This document shows, one piece after another, positions 18,753-29,970 of a stretch of DNA of 64,000 nucleotides. The stretch is from an uncultured Clostridium sp. (GTDB taxonomy: Bacteria; Bacillota; Clostridia; TANB77; CAG-508): positions 550-64,549 of the forward strand of contig CAMXJY010000011.1 of the NCBI GenBank assembly GCA_947244325.1. The letters run 5' to 3'. Below the pieces are notes generated by a model. It saw nothing but the letters and a program-made list of their open reading frames with translations, made no database searches and was not told the origin of the DNA. Every line of letters begins with the position of its first letter. The first letter of the stretch is position 1. Made by a program: the position numbers and the translations under genes.

Positions 18753-20144
18753 TTAAAATTCACAATTCTTTGGTGTTCTTGGGAATGGTATTACATCACG
18801 TATATTTTGAATACCTGTTATATACATCATAAGTCTTTCAAATCCAAGTCCAAATCCGCTGTGTGGTACACTTCCATATCTTCTTAAATCTAAATACCAC
18901 CAATAATCTTTTTCATCCATGTTTAAATCTTTAATTTTATTTTGTAAAATTTCTAAACTATCTTCTCTTTGACTTCCACCAATTATCTCTCCAATTCCTG
19001 GTGCTAAAAGATCACTTGCTGCTACTGTTTTTCCATCTGGATTTAATTTCATATAAAATGCTTTTATTTCTGCTGGATAATCTGTAACAAATACTGGTTT
19101 TTTGAATATTTCTTCACTTAGGTATCTTTCATGTTCTGTTTGTAAATCTGTTCCCCATGATACTTTATATTCAAATTTATCATTATGCTTTTCAAGTTCT
19201 TTTACAGCATCTGTATAACTAATTCTTCCAAACTCTGAATTTACTACTGTATTTAATCTTTCAAGTAATGTTTTATCTATAAAATTATTGAAAAATTCCA
19301 TTTCTTCTGGACAATTTTCTAATACATAACTTATTACGTATTTTAACATGCTTTCTGCTAAGTCCATATCATCTTTTAAATCCGCAAAACAGATTTCCGG
19401 TTCTATCATCCAAAATTCTGCTGCATGTTTTACTGTATTTGAGTTTTCAGCTCTAAATGTCGGTCCAAATGTATATACATTTCTAAATGCAAATGCATAT
19501 GTTTCAACATTAAGTTGTCCACTAACTGTAAGATGTGCTGGTTTTCCAAAGAAATCTTTTGTAAAATCAACTGTTCCATCTTCTAATTTATCCACATTTT
19601 GTAAATCAAATGTGTTTAAGTTAAACATTTCTCCTGCACCCTCTGCATCACTTCCTGTAATTATTGGTGTATGAACATACACAAAGTTATTTTCTTGAAA
19701 AAATTTGTGTATTGCATATGAAGCTACTGAACGTACTCTAAATACTGCATTAAATGTATTTGTTCTAGGACGTAAATGTGCTATTGTTCTTAAATATTCC
19801 ATTGTATGTCTTTTCTTTTGTAAAGGATATTCTGGAGAAGAAACTGCTATTACTTTTATTTCTTTAGCTTTTACTTCAAAAGGTTGTTTTGCATTTTCAG
19901 TTTTAACTAAATCACCAATAACTGTTATTGATGTACTTAATGTCAATTTACATATTTCATCAAAATTTGATAATGAATTATCAAAAACAATTTGTAAATT
20001 TTTAAAGAATGATCCATCATTAACTTCTATAAATCCAAAAGTTTTTGAATCTCTAACTGTTTTTATCCAACCTGATACTTCTATCTCTTTTCCAAAATAT
20101 TTTTCTCCGCTTCTGTATAACTCTTTTATAACTACATTATCCAT
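18753..20144 (-). CDS. asnS: Asparagine--tRNA ligase
   Basis: [39 protein letters not shown]. Confidence 0.98.
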   Translation of the reverse strand: MDNVVIKELYRSGEKYFGKEIEVSGWIKTVRDSKTFGFIEVNDGSFFKNLQIVFDNSLSNFDEICKLTLSTSITVIGDLVKTENAKQPFEVKAKEIKVIAVSSPEYPLQKKRHTMEYLRTIAHLRPRTNTFNAVFRVRSVASYAIHKFFQENNFVYVHTPIITGSDAEGAGEMFNLNTFDLQNVDKLEDGTVDFTKDFFGKPAHLTVSGQLNVETYAFAFRNVYTFGPTFRAENSNTVKHAAEFWMIEPEICFADLKDDMDLAESMLKYVISYVLENCPEEMEFFNNFIDKTLLERLNTVVNSEFGRISYTDAVKELEKHNDKFEYKVSWGTDLQTEHERYLSEEIFKKPVFVTDYPAEIKAFYMKLNPDGKTVAASDLLAPGIGEIIGGSQREDSLEILQNKIKDLNMDEKDYWWYLDLRRYGSVPHSGFGLGFERLMMYITGIQNIRDVIPFPRTPKNCEF

Positions 20145-20204
20145 AAACTTTCCTCCGATATTAATCTTTCAATATTATATAGAAATGTTGTAAAAACTTC
20201 AATA

Positions 20205-21125
20205 TTATTTGAATATTATTTTTCCTGTTTCGTCAATTTCTTCAAAACCTATTTTTTTATAAACTGATATTGCAGATTCGTTTTCAACATCAACATGTAA
20301 TACAACAAATTCATTATCTTTTAAAATTTCTTTACATACATGTGAAACACATTTTTTTGCATATCCTTTTCCTCTATGCTCTTTTGGTGTAATTACTGCA
20401 CCTATCGCTCCACCATTTACATGTTTTCTAACATGTACTGCTTGTGTATATATTTCATTTTCATTGTCATTTGTTAATAAATATATTCCTTTTTTTAAAT
20501 ATATCTTTGCTACCTTTAAAGCCTCTTCATCTGAACATTCCTCTTCTTCATAAATATCCGTATATATCTCTTTTACTAAAGGTATTAAATGCTCTGGATT
20601 ATCTTTTTCATCAACTAATTTTACTAATTTCTCATTTTTATCTAAAGGATATTCTGTTTTAACTTCATTTAATTTTAGAGTATATGAATAATAAGAATAA
20701 AATACTTCTGCATTTGCTTTATTAATATATTTATCTGCAATTAATTGTAAATGTTGCTTTTCAGCTAATATTTCTGCAAGTCTTATATCTAAACTAACAA
20801 TATTATCTACCAAAAATTCTGCTGTATTCTCTGTCATCTCTCCATCTGGACAATATATAGCTAATCCATACTTATCATCATCAACAATAAAAATTGCTTT
20901 TACTTCGCCTTCTTCTTCAATTCTTCCAAGTAGCCAATTATTAACTTTTTCCGATTCATGTTCAAAAACAATTCCTATAATTATATCGTTTTTTGCTTCT
21001 TCCTTTACTAAAATATCTAAATTTTCCTCTAAAAATTTTTCTTTTGTTTCATACTTTTTAAATTCCATCTTTTTATACATAATAAAAAACAAAACCTTCT
21101 TTTGTACTATTCTTTTGTACATCAA
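20205..21125 (-). CDS. GNAT family acetyltransferase
   Basis: VITPKEHRGKGYA, NESAISVYKKIGF; start uncertain. Confidence 0.85.
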   Translation of the reverse strand: MMYKRIVQKKVLFFIMYKKMEFKKYETKEKFLEENLDILVKEEAKNDIIIGIVFEHESEKVNNWLLGRIEEEGEVKAIFIVDDDKYGLAIYCPDGEMTENTAEFLVDNIVSLDIRLAEILAEKQHLQLIADKYINKANAEVFYSYYSYTLKLNEVKTEYPLDKNEKLVKLVDEKDNPEHLIPLVKEIYTDIYEEEECSDEEALKVAKIYLKKGIYLLTNDNENEIYTQAVHVRKHVNGGAIGAVITPKEHRGKGYAKKCVSHVCKEILKDNEFVVLHVDVENESAISVYKKIGFEEIDETGKIIFK

Positions 21126-21236
21126 ACTTTATTTGTTTAAAATATTATAGCTCCTTTTCTTTTTTTATTATCATATACTATTTTTGATAAATAGTAAAAT
21201 GTTTTAATTCTTTTTTTCATAAAAAGTGTAAATTTT

Positions 21237-21298
21237 TACAAATTTGCCGAAGGCTTTATTTAGTAGGGAGACCGAAGGACTTTTCTACTAAATAAAAA
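21237..21298. repeat. REP-like module behind the mazF terminator
   Basis: TACAAATTTGCCGAAGGCTTTATTTAGTAG..CTACTAAATAAA. Confidence 0.75.
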
Positions 21299-21347
21299 AT
21301 CAAGATTTCATATATAGCTAAAACTACTATAAAATCTTGATTTTGAT

Positions 21348-21698
21348 TTAATTCTCCAAACCGAAACTTATTCCTATCGCATTATTCACTTGATCCATAA
21401 CACTAGTATCATTAATATGACCTATCTTTTCTTTAAGTCTGCTTTTATCTATTGTTCTAATCTGTTCTGTTAAAACAACAGAATCAGCTTTTAAACCATT
21501 GTCTTCTGATCCTATGTCTATATGCGTAGGTAATTTATTTTTACCTGTCTGCGATGTGATTGCTGCTGCTATAACGGTTGGACTATATTTATTTCCAGTA
21601 TCGTTTTGTATAATCAAAACTGGTCTAATTCCCCCTTGTTCTGAACCAATAACTGGACTTAAATCTGCATAAAACATATCTCCTCTTTTTATTACCAT
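21348..21698 (-). CDS. mazF: MazF/NdoA (PemK) endoribonuclease toxin
   Basis: [40 protein letters not shown]. Confidence 0.95.
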   Translation of the reverse strand: MVIKRGDMFYADLSPVIGSEQGGIRPVLIIQNDTGNKYSPTVIAAAITSQTGKNKLPTHIDIGSEDNGLKADSVVLTEQIRTIDKSRLKEKIGHINDTSVMDQVNNAIGISFGLEN

Positions 21699-21751
21699 AA
21701 GTTTCTCTCCTATTAATTTACATATAGAATAGAATTGTTGAAATATTAAAA

Positions 21752-22354
21752 TTATTTAATTTTTATATCATTATATATTATGCTGATACATGTCTTTTTG
21801 GTATTATCTTTAATTATTAATTCTTTTGGAATACCTGTTTTTTTATCTACATATAATTCCTTGTATTTTATATATGTACTATGATTATTATTAAGTTTAC
21901 TAGAAAAAACTATATAATCATTTTCTTCATAGTTTTTAGATTCATTATTTTTATAATCATTTATAAAAACATTAAGAAATAGTGAATTATTAAGTATTAA
22001 TTCATAATTATCATATGTTTTTTCCATGTTTAGTTTAGCATTTGATATTTTTAATTTTCCATCTCCTAGTTCTATACTTAATCCTTTTATACTGTCAGGA
22101 CTATTAATAGTGCATTTGCTGTATTCATTATCAACAATTTGATACATATTATAATAATTCTCGTTTTTATTACTAATAACTTTTACAGTTATATCCGCTT
22201 CATAATAACTTAAATCATTTAAAATATTATCAACAATTTCCTCTTGACTTCTACTAATGATATTATTACCCAAATAAAAAAAATTATAATAAAAAATACC
22301 AAAAATAATCATACAAATAAAAACAAAAATAAACATAATTTTTTTTAAATTCAT
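21752..22354 (-). CDS. GerS/LolA-like membrane-anchored protein
   Basis: N-terminal [20 protein letters not shown]; position upstream of mazF as in the clostridial gerS-alr-mazEF region. Confidence 0.6.
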   Translation of the reverse strand: MNLKKIMFIFVFICMIIFGIFYYNFFYLGNNIISRSQEEIVDNILNDLSYYEADITVKVISNKNENYYNMYQIVDNEYSKCTINSPDSIKGLSIELGDGKLKISNAKLNMEKTYDNYELILNNSLFLNVFINDYKNNESKNYEENDYIVFSSKLNNNHSTYIKYKELYVDKKTGIPKELIIKDNTKKTCISIIYNDIKIK

Positions 22355-22473
22355 AAAAACCTCTTTTCAAATAATCTATAATTTTTTAACCAAATATAAA
22401 CAAATTTATATTATTTGTATAATTTAACTATTAAATTTTAGATTTTAAATTCCTATAACTAATATTAATAAAT

Positions 22474-22636
22474 TTTTATGATACATATTTTAATTAAATA
22501 GAAGTTGCGCAGCCATGGGAGTTTATAATTTCTTTGCAATTTTTATATAACACAATTTAATATAAAACATTTCAATCTATTTTAAATCCATAAATAACCA
22601 GCAAAGCAATATATAATTAAAATATGTATCATAAAA
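22474..22636. repeat. 23-bp perfect inverted repeat enclosing 117 bp
   Basis: TTTTATGATACATATTTTAATTA (22474-22496) and its reverse complement (22614-22636). Confidence 0.75.
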
Positions 22637-22657
22637 TTATTAAATTTAGACTTAAGA

Positions 22658-22731
22658 ACGTTAGTAAATTTGTGTACAAAAGTTGGCGAAGCCTTTCTTT
22701 TATAGAAAATGCAAAGCACTTTCCTATAAAA
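22658..22731. repeat. REP-like module behind the dusB terminator
   Basis: ACGTTAGTAAATTTGTGTACAAAAGTTGGCGAAGCCTTT..GCACTTTCCTATAAA. Confidence 0.8.
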
Positions 22732-22795
22732 AAAAAAGAATAGTAAAACCTATTCTTTAAACTATATTATTTTTATTTTTAAATATTCATAAATT

Positions 22796-23770
22796 TTAAA
22801 CTTCAAAATATTGTTTTAAAATATCTTTAAACGCTTTCTCAGTTTCAACAGAATTTATTTTATCACGAATAACAGTAGCATTTGGCATTCCTTTCACATA
22901 CCAAGATATATGTTTTCTTATCTCACGAGTTGCAGTGTATTCTCCTTTTTCTTTTAACAATAATTCAAAATGCTCTAATATAACATTATATTTTTCTTTA
23001 TTTGAAATATCTGCCATTTTCTCATTATTATTTAAGTAATACTCTATTTGTTTAAATATCCATGGATTTCCAAGTGCGCCTCTTCCTATCATTATTCCAT
23101 CACAACCTGTTTGCTCAAAAATTCTTACTGCATCTTCTTCTGTTTTTATATCTCCATTGCCTATAACAGGAATTTTTACTGCATCTTTTACATCTTTAAT
23201 TATGTTCCAATCAGCTATTCCTGAATAAAACTCATCTCTTGTTCTTCCATGGATTACTATAGCATCTGCACCTGCTTTTTCAATAATTTTAGCTGCCTCT
23301 ACTGCAACAATATTATCATTATCCCAACCTTTTCTTATTTTTACTGTTACTGGTTTAGTAGAATTTTCTACCACATTTTTTACTATTTTTTCCACTAATT
23401 CTAAATCTAATAATAATTTACTTCCATCTCCATTTTTTACAACTTTTGGAGCAGGACATCCCATATTTATATCTAAAATATCTGTATAATCACACATAAA
23501 TTTGGCAGCCTCGCCCATAACTTCTGGGTCACTTCCAAATATTTGCATTGATATTGGTCTTTTTTCATTATTTGACTTTATCATTTTTAATGTTTTTTCA
23601 TCTTTATAACATATAGCCTTGGCGCTTACCATCTCATTACAAACTAATCCTGGATTACCATACTTTTTACAAATTATTCTATATGGCAAATCTGTAACTC
23701 CAGCCATAGGAGCTAATATTATATTATTTTCTAATTCTACATTTCCTATTTTTAATTTTTTTAAGTACAT
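22796..23770 (-). CDS. dusB: tRNA dihydrouridine synthase B
   Basis: LAPMAGVTD, DINMGCP, VKIRKG, HGRT, IGNGD, MIGRG. Confidence 0.96.
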   Translation of the reverse strand: MYLKKLKIGNVELENNIILAPMAGVTDLPYRIICKKYGNPGLVCNEMVSAKAICYKDEKTLKMIKSNNEKRPISMQIFGSDPEVMGEAAKFMCDYTDILDINMGCPAPKVVKNGDGSKLLLDLELVEKIVKNVVENSTKPVTVKIRKGWDNDNIVAVEAAKIIEKAGADAIVIHGRTRDEFYSGIADWNIIKDVKDAVKIPVIGNGDIKTEEDAVRIFEQTGCDGIMIGRGALGNPWIFKQIEYYLNNNEKMADISNKEKYNVILEHFELLLKEKGEYTATREIRKHISWYVKGMPNATVIRDKINSVETEKAFKDILKQYFEV

Positions 23771-23898
23771 TAAATTTTACCTCTCTAGAAAAAATATATA
23801 TTTATCAAAGGCTTTCTTTAGTAGCAAAATACATAGAATTTTCCTATTATATAAAGAAAATATGGAATTAAATATAAATATTTAATTCCACTAATAAT

Positions 23899-25008
23899 CT
23901 ATTCTACAAAAATTGCTTTTTGCCTTCTACTACTAATATTTAATAAAAGTCCAATACAAATAAAATTAGTAATTAGAGAACTTCCACCATAACTTACAAA
24001 TGGTAATGGTACACCTGTTATTGGTAGTAATCCTATTGTCATTCCTATATTTTCTGTCATATGGAAAAAGAAAATTCCAGCTATTCCTATAGCAATATAT
24101 GAACCTACATTATCTTTTGCTGTTTTAGCTACATAAATTGATTTTGTAACTAATACTATATATAAAATCGTAATAGCTCCTGTTGCTACAAATCCCATTT
24201 CTTCTCCAATAACTGAGAATATAAAATCTGTTGTTTTTGGATGCAAAAATCCAAGTTGAGTTTGATTTCCTTTAAACAGTCCCATTCCAAAAACTTCTCC
24301 AGCACCTACAGCTAATTTCGATTGTTCTAAGTTATATCCTTCATTTCTTCTATCAGCTTCTGTTGGATTTAAAAATACATTTATTCTTTTTAATGCATGA
24401 GCTGGTAACATATTATAAACAATTGGAGCAGCTATAACTACTAAAAGAATAGCAACTATTATATACTTTTTATCTATTCCTGCTGAAAATAATATAAATA
24501 ATATTGCTGTCATATAAGCTATTGCTGTACCATAATCTGGTTCTTTTATTATTAATAAAACTGGAACAATTGCAAAAATTAAATATATTGCTAACTTCCA
24601 AATTTTATTGATTTCGTGTCTCCCTCTTATTTGTAATTTATTCATTATAAATGCTAAAAATAATATAGTTATAACCTTTCCTAATTCAGATGGTTGAAAG
24701 CTTAAGCTCTCTGTTATTTTAAACCAACTGCTTGCACCACTTATAGGAGCAGTAAATAAAACTCCAATTAATAGACCTATTACTATTATATATGCTAAAG
24801 TAGAAAATCTAACAATTACATTATAATCAATTACTGATGCTAATATTAAAAATGGTATACTTATTACAATCCATTGAACTTGCTTTTTGAATTCTTCATA
24901 TTCTGTACTTTGAGTTGCTGAAAATAAAGCCACTAATCCTATAATTGTTAAAATAGCACTTACAATAAGAATAGTCCATTCTGTATTCTTAAGTAATTTT
25001 TTTCCCAT
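23899..25008 (-). CDS. rodA: Rod shape-determining protein RodA (SEDS family)
   Basis: FQPSELGK, PDYGT, TDFIFSVIGEE, GVPLPFVSYGGSS. Confidence 0.92.
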   Translation of the reverse strand: MGKKLLKNTEWTILIVSAILTIIGLVALFSATQSTEYEEFKKQVQWIVISIPFLILASVIDYNVIVRFSTLAYIIVIGLLIGVLFTAPISGASSWFKITESLSFQPSELGKVITILFLAFIMNKLQIRGRHEINKIWKLAIYLIFAIVPVLLIIKEPDYGTAIAYMTAILFILFSAGIDKKYIIVAILLVVIAAPIVYNMLPAHALKRINVFLNPTEADRRNEGYNLEQSKLAVGAGEVFGMGLFKGNQTQLGFLHPKTTDFIFSVIGEEMGFVATGAITILYIVLVTKSIYVAKTAKDNVGSYIAIGIAGIFFFHMTENIGMTIGLLPITGVPLPFVSYGGSSLITNFICIGLLLNISSRRQKAIFVE

Positions 25009-25021
25009 TTATTATATACTC

Positions 25022-25807
25022 CTAATTTTTTCTATTTCGTTTATCTTTTGATTTTTTATGGTTTTTTTTTCCACCTTTACTATAATTATTATTGTTATTA
25101 CTATTATTATTTTCTTGTACATTTTCTAAATTTTTGTCTTCCTCTTCTGCTGCTTTTAATAAATCATCAAAAGTTACATCGTCATCATCTTCATCTTCGT
25201 CCACTTCTTCAAATAATTCAACTGGCTCTTCACTTTCTTCTGATTCATTATCGTTATTTATTTCTTCACTGCTATCGTTCTCTTCTTTTATCTCTTCGTT
25301 ATTTTCTTCTTTTACTTCACTATTTGTTTCTTCTTGATTTAAGTTTTCATTTTCTTTTGTTTCTTCATAACTGTCAGATAATTCTATAACTTCTGGTGTT
25401 TCTATTTTTTCTTCTTTTGGTTCTTCTTCAGATTGATTTGGTACTGTAATTCCCATCTCTTTATTAAAATCAACGCCTTCAAAATCTTTTATTTTTTCAG
25501 CCATCATATCATTTTTTATATTAACAATTGGTATATTTGCATATAAAGCAGGAGCTCCATTTGTTCCATCTTCATTTGATTGATTTGTTAGCCTAACATC
25601 TATGGCTGCTTCGTCAACTACAATATATTTTTTTATTACATCTATTATTTCTTGTTTCATAAGCTCTAAAAAATCTGCTGATACATTAGCTCTATCTTGC
25701 ATTAGAACTAAGTGTAATCTTTCTTTGGCAGCATCTTTTGACCCTAATTCTTTTTGTTGTTCTGTTTTTACTATTCTCTTAAAAAAATGTCCTATATTTT
25801 CAAACAT
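25022..25807 (-). CDS. minE: MinE with long acidic C-terminal extension
   Basis: SKDAAKERLHLVLMQDR..ALYANIP, downstream of minD. Confidence 0.88.
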   Translation of the reverse strand: MFENIGHFFKRIVKTEQQKELGSKDAAKERLHLVLMQDRANVSADFLELMKQEIIDVIKKYIVVDEAAIDVRLTNQSNEDGTNGAPALYANIPIVNIKNDMMAEKIKDFEGVDFNKEMGITVPNQSEEEPKEEKIETPEVIELSDSYEETKENENLNQEETNSEVKEENNEEIKEENDSSEEINNDNESEESEEPVELFEEVDEDEDDDDVTFDDLLKAAEEEDKNLENVQENNNSNNNNNYSKGGKKNHKKSKDKRNRKN

Positions 25808-25836
25808 TATTTTTTCTTACCTCCAACCTTTTTTAT

Positions 25837-26631
25837 CTATGCTTTTCCGAATAAGCCTTTTAGCTTTGCGAAAAATCCTGTTTCTTTTCCAGGTACTGTA
25901 ACTTCAATATTTTCTCCTAATAATCTTCTTGATATTTCTAAATATGCTTTTCCTGAAGGTGCTCTTTTATTAGAAATAACTGGTTCTCCTTTATTAGTTT
26001 GAGTTATAATATTTTCATCATCTGGTACAACTCCGATTAAATCTATTGCTAATAAATCTACAATATCGTTTACATCCATCATTTCGCCTTTTTTTACCAT
26101 GCTTGGTCTTAATCTGTTAACTATTAATTCTGGATTTTTTATTTCAGAAGCTTCTAACAATCCTATTATCCTATCAGCATCTCTTATTGAAGATATTTCA
26201 GCTGTTGTAACAACTAAAGCTCTATCTGCTCCAGCAATAGCATTTTTAAAACCTTGCTCGATTCCTGCTGGACAGTCAATAATTACATAATCAAAATCTG
26301 CTCTTAATTTTTGTATTAAATCTCTCATTTGTTCTTCATTAATAGCTGTTTTATCTTTTGTTTGTGCTGCTGGAAGTAAGAATAGCTCTTTAAATCTTTT
26401 GTCTTTAATTAGAGCTTGTCTTAATTTACATTTTTCTTCTATAACATCTACTAAATCGTATACTATTCTGTTTTCTAATCCTAAAACAACATCTAAATTT
26501 CTTAGTCCTATATCAGTATCAACTAATGCTACTTTTTTACCTGCTAAAGCTAGCGCTGAACCTAAGTTAGCTGTTGTTGTTGTTTTTCCAACTCCTCCTT
26601 TTCCAGATGTAATAACGATAACTTCTCCCAC
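25837..26631 (-). CDS. minD: Septum site-determining ATPase MinD
   Basis: KGGVGKTT, DIGLRNLD, DCPAGIE, IRDADR. Confidence 0.97.
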   Translation of the reverse strand: MGEVIVITSGKGGVGKTTTTANLGSALALAGKKVALVDTDIGLRNLDVVLGLENRIVYDLVDVIEEKCKLRQALIKDKRFKELFLLPAAQTKDKTAINEEQMRDLIQKLRADFDYVIIDCPAGIEQGFKNAIAGADRALVVTTAEISSIRDADRIIGLLEASEIKNPELIVNRLRPSMVKKGEMMDVNDIVDLLAIDLIGVVPDDENIITQTNKGEPVISNKRAPSGKAYLEISRRLLGENIEVTVPGKETGFFAKLKGLFGKA

Positions 26632-26807
26632 TTAAATTTCCTCCTTTAAAACTACGAACTTAATTATCATTTTTTGAACATATATATCTTATATTTTTTT
26701 TCGTTAAAAGTCAATCAATATTGATACATTTTTGTAATATTTTTGTAATAAAAATACAGAAGTGAGATTTAATCGTAATTTTATAATTTTTTATATTTTT
26801 TAATATT

Positions 26808-27013
26808 GTCGAAACCTTTATTTTATAGGAAAGTTCAGAGCATTTTATTATAAAAGAACAATAGTGGACGATATTTAATATGCAAAAGACAAAACTATAC
26901 TGAATCGTCCACGTAATTGTTCTGCGTGCCAAATTTACATTAGTAAATTTGTGTACAAAATTTCCGAAGGCTTTATTTAGTAAGAAGTCCAGAGGACTTT
27001 GGTACTAAATAAA
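26808..27013. repeat. Composite REP-like element
   Basis: Hairpin A variant, GTGGAC..GTCCAC hairpin, TTAGTAAATTTGTGTACAAA core and TTTATTTAGTA..TACTAAATAAA hairpin. Confidence 0.8.
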
Positions 27014-27332
27014 AAAAAAGCATGTAACTTATCTAATATAAAATCACATACTTTTAATATCTATTGTACTCTTTTGTAGATTTGTAGAAAAAAAATATTA
27101 AATTTTCTTTTGTATAAAGAATTAAATTATTTTTGAATTAAAATATTTTGTGTGAAAGTAATTGCAAGAACTTGCATAGAATTGTTTGAAAAAACAATAT
27201 AAGTATAACATTAATTCATAAAACATTCTCAAAATATACCGAAAAATGGTCTTTTTGCATAAATATTACTAACTTAAATGGTTTTTATCCTATAGAACAA
27301 ATCTGAAAAAATCTTAGATTTTTTCAGTAAAT

Positions 27333-27429
27333 TTGTTCGCTGTGCCAAATTTACGTTAGTAAATTTGTGTACAAAAGTTGGCAAAGCCTTTATTTTATAG
27401 GAAGTGCGAAGCACTTTCCTATAAAATAA
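27333..27429. repeat. REP-like element behind the por terminator
   Basis: Near-identical to the reverse complement of 1278-1372. Confidence 0.85.
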
Positions 27430-27495
27430 CAAAAGGGACCTTTTTGAACTATACCCCAAAAAGTAGAGTTCATTTACAGTCCCATTTTAAATATA

Positions 27496-28452
27496 TTAAT
27501 TCTCTTTATTTGTAATCTCTTCTAAATCAAGAAGTTCTTGCCATCTTGCGTCAACTTCTTTTTGGAATTCTTCTATCATCCACTCATTACCTGGTTTAAA
27601 CATATGTTTAAATCTTTTTTGTGGTTTTAAGAATTCTTCTATAGGAAGCTTTTTAGCTGGTTTATAAGTAATTTTATAAACTCCATCAACTACTTCATAT
27701 AAAGGCCAATAACATGTTTCAACTGCTAATTTGTTAATTTGCATTAAATCTTCTGTATTGTATCCCCATCCTCTTGGGCAAGGAGCAAGTACATTTAAGA
27801 AACATGGTCCTTCTATATAAATTGCTTTTTCTGATTTTTCATATAAATCTTTAAAATTATTTAATGCTATTGTTTGTGCTACATATGGAATATGATGTCC
27901 TGCCATAATTTTAGCTAAATCTTTACGAGATTGCATTTTTCCTGGAACTGCTGTTCCTGCTGGTGATGTTGTTGTATCAGCAAATTTTGGTGTTGCTGAA
28001 GAACGTTGTATACCTGTATTCATGTATGCTCCGTTATCATAGCAAACATAAACCATGTCGTGTCCTCTTTCCATTGCTCCTGATAAACTTTGAAGTCCTA
28101 TATCATAAGTTCCACCATCTCCACCAAATGCTATAAATTTTGTTGTTTTATCTTCTGGTAATTTTCCTTGACGTTTCATTGCTTTATATGCAGCTTCTGC
28201 TCCACTTAAAGTAGCTCCAGCGCATTCAAAAGCTGTATGAATAAATGAATCTGTCCATGCTGTATATGGATAAATAAAAGTAGAAACTTCCATACATCCT
28301 GTAGCTCCTGCAACTACAACATGGTCTTCTGGTTTTACCGCTCTTAAAATCATTCTAGCTACAGCTGGTGCACCACATCCAGCACACATTCTATGACCTG
28401 ATGTAAATCTTGAAGGTCTATTTGTCATTACTTCTTTTGGATTATATGCCAT
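27496..28452 (-). CDS. porB: Pyruvate:ferredoxin oxidoreductase beta subunit
   Basis: GHRMCAGC, ATGC, GGDG..DIG, YMNTGIQ, PCP. Confidence 0.93.
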   Translation of the reverse strand: MAYNPKEVMTNRPSRFTSGHRMCAGCGAPAVARMILRAVKPEDHVVVAGATGCMEVSTFIYPYTAWTDSFIHTAFECAGATLSGAEAAYKAMKRQGKLPEDKTTKFIAFGGDGGTYDIGLQSLSGAMERGHDMVYVCYDNGAYMNTGIQRSSATPKFADTTTSPAGTAVPGKMQSRKDLAKIMAGHHIPYVAQTIALNNFKDLYEKSEKAIYIEGPCFLNVLAPCPRGWGYNTEDLMQINKLAVETCYWPLYEVVDGVYKITYKPAKKLPIEEFLKPQKRFKHMFKPGNEWMIEEFQKEVDARWQELLDLEEITNKEN

Positions 28453-28455
28453 AAC

Positions 28456-29643
28456 TTAAACTTCCCCCCTTACACCTAAATATCTATAAGGATTTTCAAT
28501 GTTTCCTGTTTTTGCTATTTCCTCTAAATCATTATATACTTTTTCTATATCTTTAACAGTAGTATCTCTACCACCTATACCATAAACATAGTTTATAGTT
28601 GGAACATTTACTTTGCTTACAAACATACCTGATGTAACATCTTCATATAATGCTCCACCCGCACCATTTAAAGAATCTGCTTTATCTAATACTGCAATAG
28701 CTTTTGCATTTTTTAAACTTTTAGCTATTTCTTCTGACGGGAAAGGTCTAAACATTCTTATTTTTAATAATCCTGCTTTTACTCCTTTACTTCTTAAATC
28801 ATCAATAGCTGCTTTAGTTGTACCTGCTGTTGAGTTCATACAAACTACTACAAGCTCTGCATCTTCCATTTTATATTCTTCAAAAAATTGATATTTACGA
28901 CCTGTTAATTTTTCAAATTCTGCTGATACTTCAGCAATTACTTTTTTAGCATTTCTCATAGCTTCTGCTTGTTGTACTTTATGTTCAAAAAGATAAGTTT
29001 GAACATCTAAAGGTCCAACAGCTATAGGCTCTTTGTCATTTAATAAATAATGTTCTGGTTTATATTTTCCAACAAATGCTTTTGCTTTATCATCTTCTAA
29101 TAATTCTATATTTTCGATAGAATGTGATGTTATAAATCCATCTTGGCAAACCATTAAAGGTAATTGTACATCTTTATGTTCTGCTATTCTATGTGCCATT
29201 AATAAATTATCATAAGCTTCTTGGTTATTTTCTGAAAATAACATTATCCATCCTGCATCTCTAACTCCCATTGCATCAGAATGGTCATTGTGTATATTTA
29301 AAGGTCCTGAAACTGCTCTATTTACTAAAGACATAACGATTGGTAATCTTAAGCTTGATGCTATATAAATCATTTCCCACATTAAAGATAATCCGTTTGC
29401 AGAAGTTGCAGTCATTGCTCTAGCTCCAGCTGATTCTGCTCCAATACAAGCACTCATTGCACTATGTTCACTTTCAACAGCAACAAATTCTGTATCAACT
29501 TGACCATTGCTTACAAAACTTGAAAAGTATTGTGGTATTTCTGTTGAAGGTGTAATAGGAAATGCTGCAACAACATCAGGATTGATTTGTTTCATAGCAA
29601 TAGCTGCTGCTTCATTACCACTTAATCTTTCTCTAATTCCCAT
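28456..29643 (-). CDS. porA: Pyruvate:ferredoxin oxidoreductase alpha subunit
   Basis: FPITPST, ESEHSA, TATS, VNRA, FRPFP. Confidence 0.93.
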   Translation of the reverse strand: MGIRERLSGNEAAAIAMKQINPDVVAAFPITPSTEIPQYFSSFVSNGQVDTEFVAVESEHSAMSACIGAESAGARAMTATSANGLSLMWEMIYIASSLRLPIVMSLVNRAVSGPLNIHNDHSDAMGVRDAGWIMLFSENNQEAYDNLLMAHRIAEHKDVQLPLMVCQDGFITSHSIENIELLEDDKAKAFVGKYKPEHYLLNDKEPIAVGPLDVQTYLFEHKVQQAEAMRNAKKVIAEVSAEFEKLTGRKYQFFEEYKMEDAELVVVCMNSTAGTTKAAIDDLRSKGVKAGLLKIRMFRPFPSEEIAKSLKNAKAIAVLDKADSLNGAGGALYEDVTSGMFVSKVNVPTINYVYGIGGRDTTVKDIEKVYNDLEEIAKTGNIENPYRYLGVRGEV

Positions 29644-29664
29644 AATTTTTTTCCTTTCTATTTT

Positions 29665-29955
29665 TTATTTCATTTCGATAGCTTTAAAAGGACATACTTT
29701 AGCACAAACGCCACATCCTTTACAACTGTTATAATCAAAATCTTCTCTTTTTCCTTCTTTATTTACTGGAATTGAATCTTCTGGACAAACAGGAAAACAA
29801 AGTCCACATTGTTTGCAAAGTTCTGATTTAAAAATAGGAGTTACTGAACGCCAATCTCCTGTTTTAAATTCTTTTGCATTACCAGCATTATAAATATTTC
29901 CACCTATAGTAAGATCTTGCCAAGGTGTTTTACTATTTAATACATCTTCTGTCAT
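29665..29955 (-). CDS. porD: Pyruvate:ferredoxin oxidoreductase delta subunit (2x[4Fe-4S])
   Basis: TGDWR and two CxxCxxCxxxCP motifs. Confidence 0.93.
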   Translation of the reverse strand: MTEDVLNSKTPWQDLTIGGNIYNAGNAKEFKTGDWRSVTPIFKSELCKQCGLCFPVCPEDSIPVNKEGKREDFDYNSCKGCGVCAKVCPFKAIEMK

Positions 29956-29970
29956 TATTTTAGCTCCTTT

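Noticed and set aside
21348-22636. Type III toxin-antitoxin reading of the orphan mazF
   Set aside because: The protein is a canonical NdoA rather than ToxN-like, and no tandem RNA repeats precede it.
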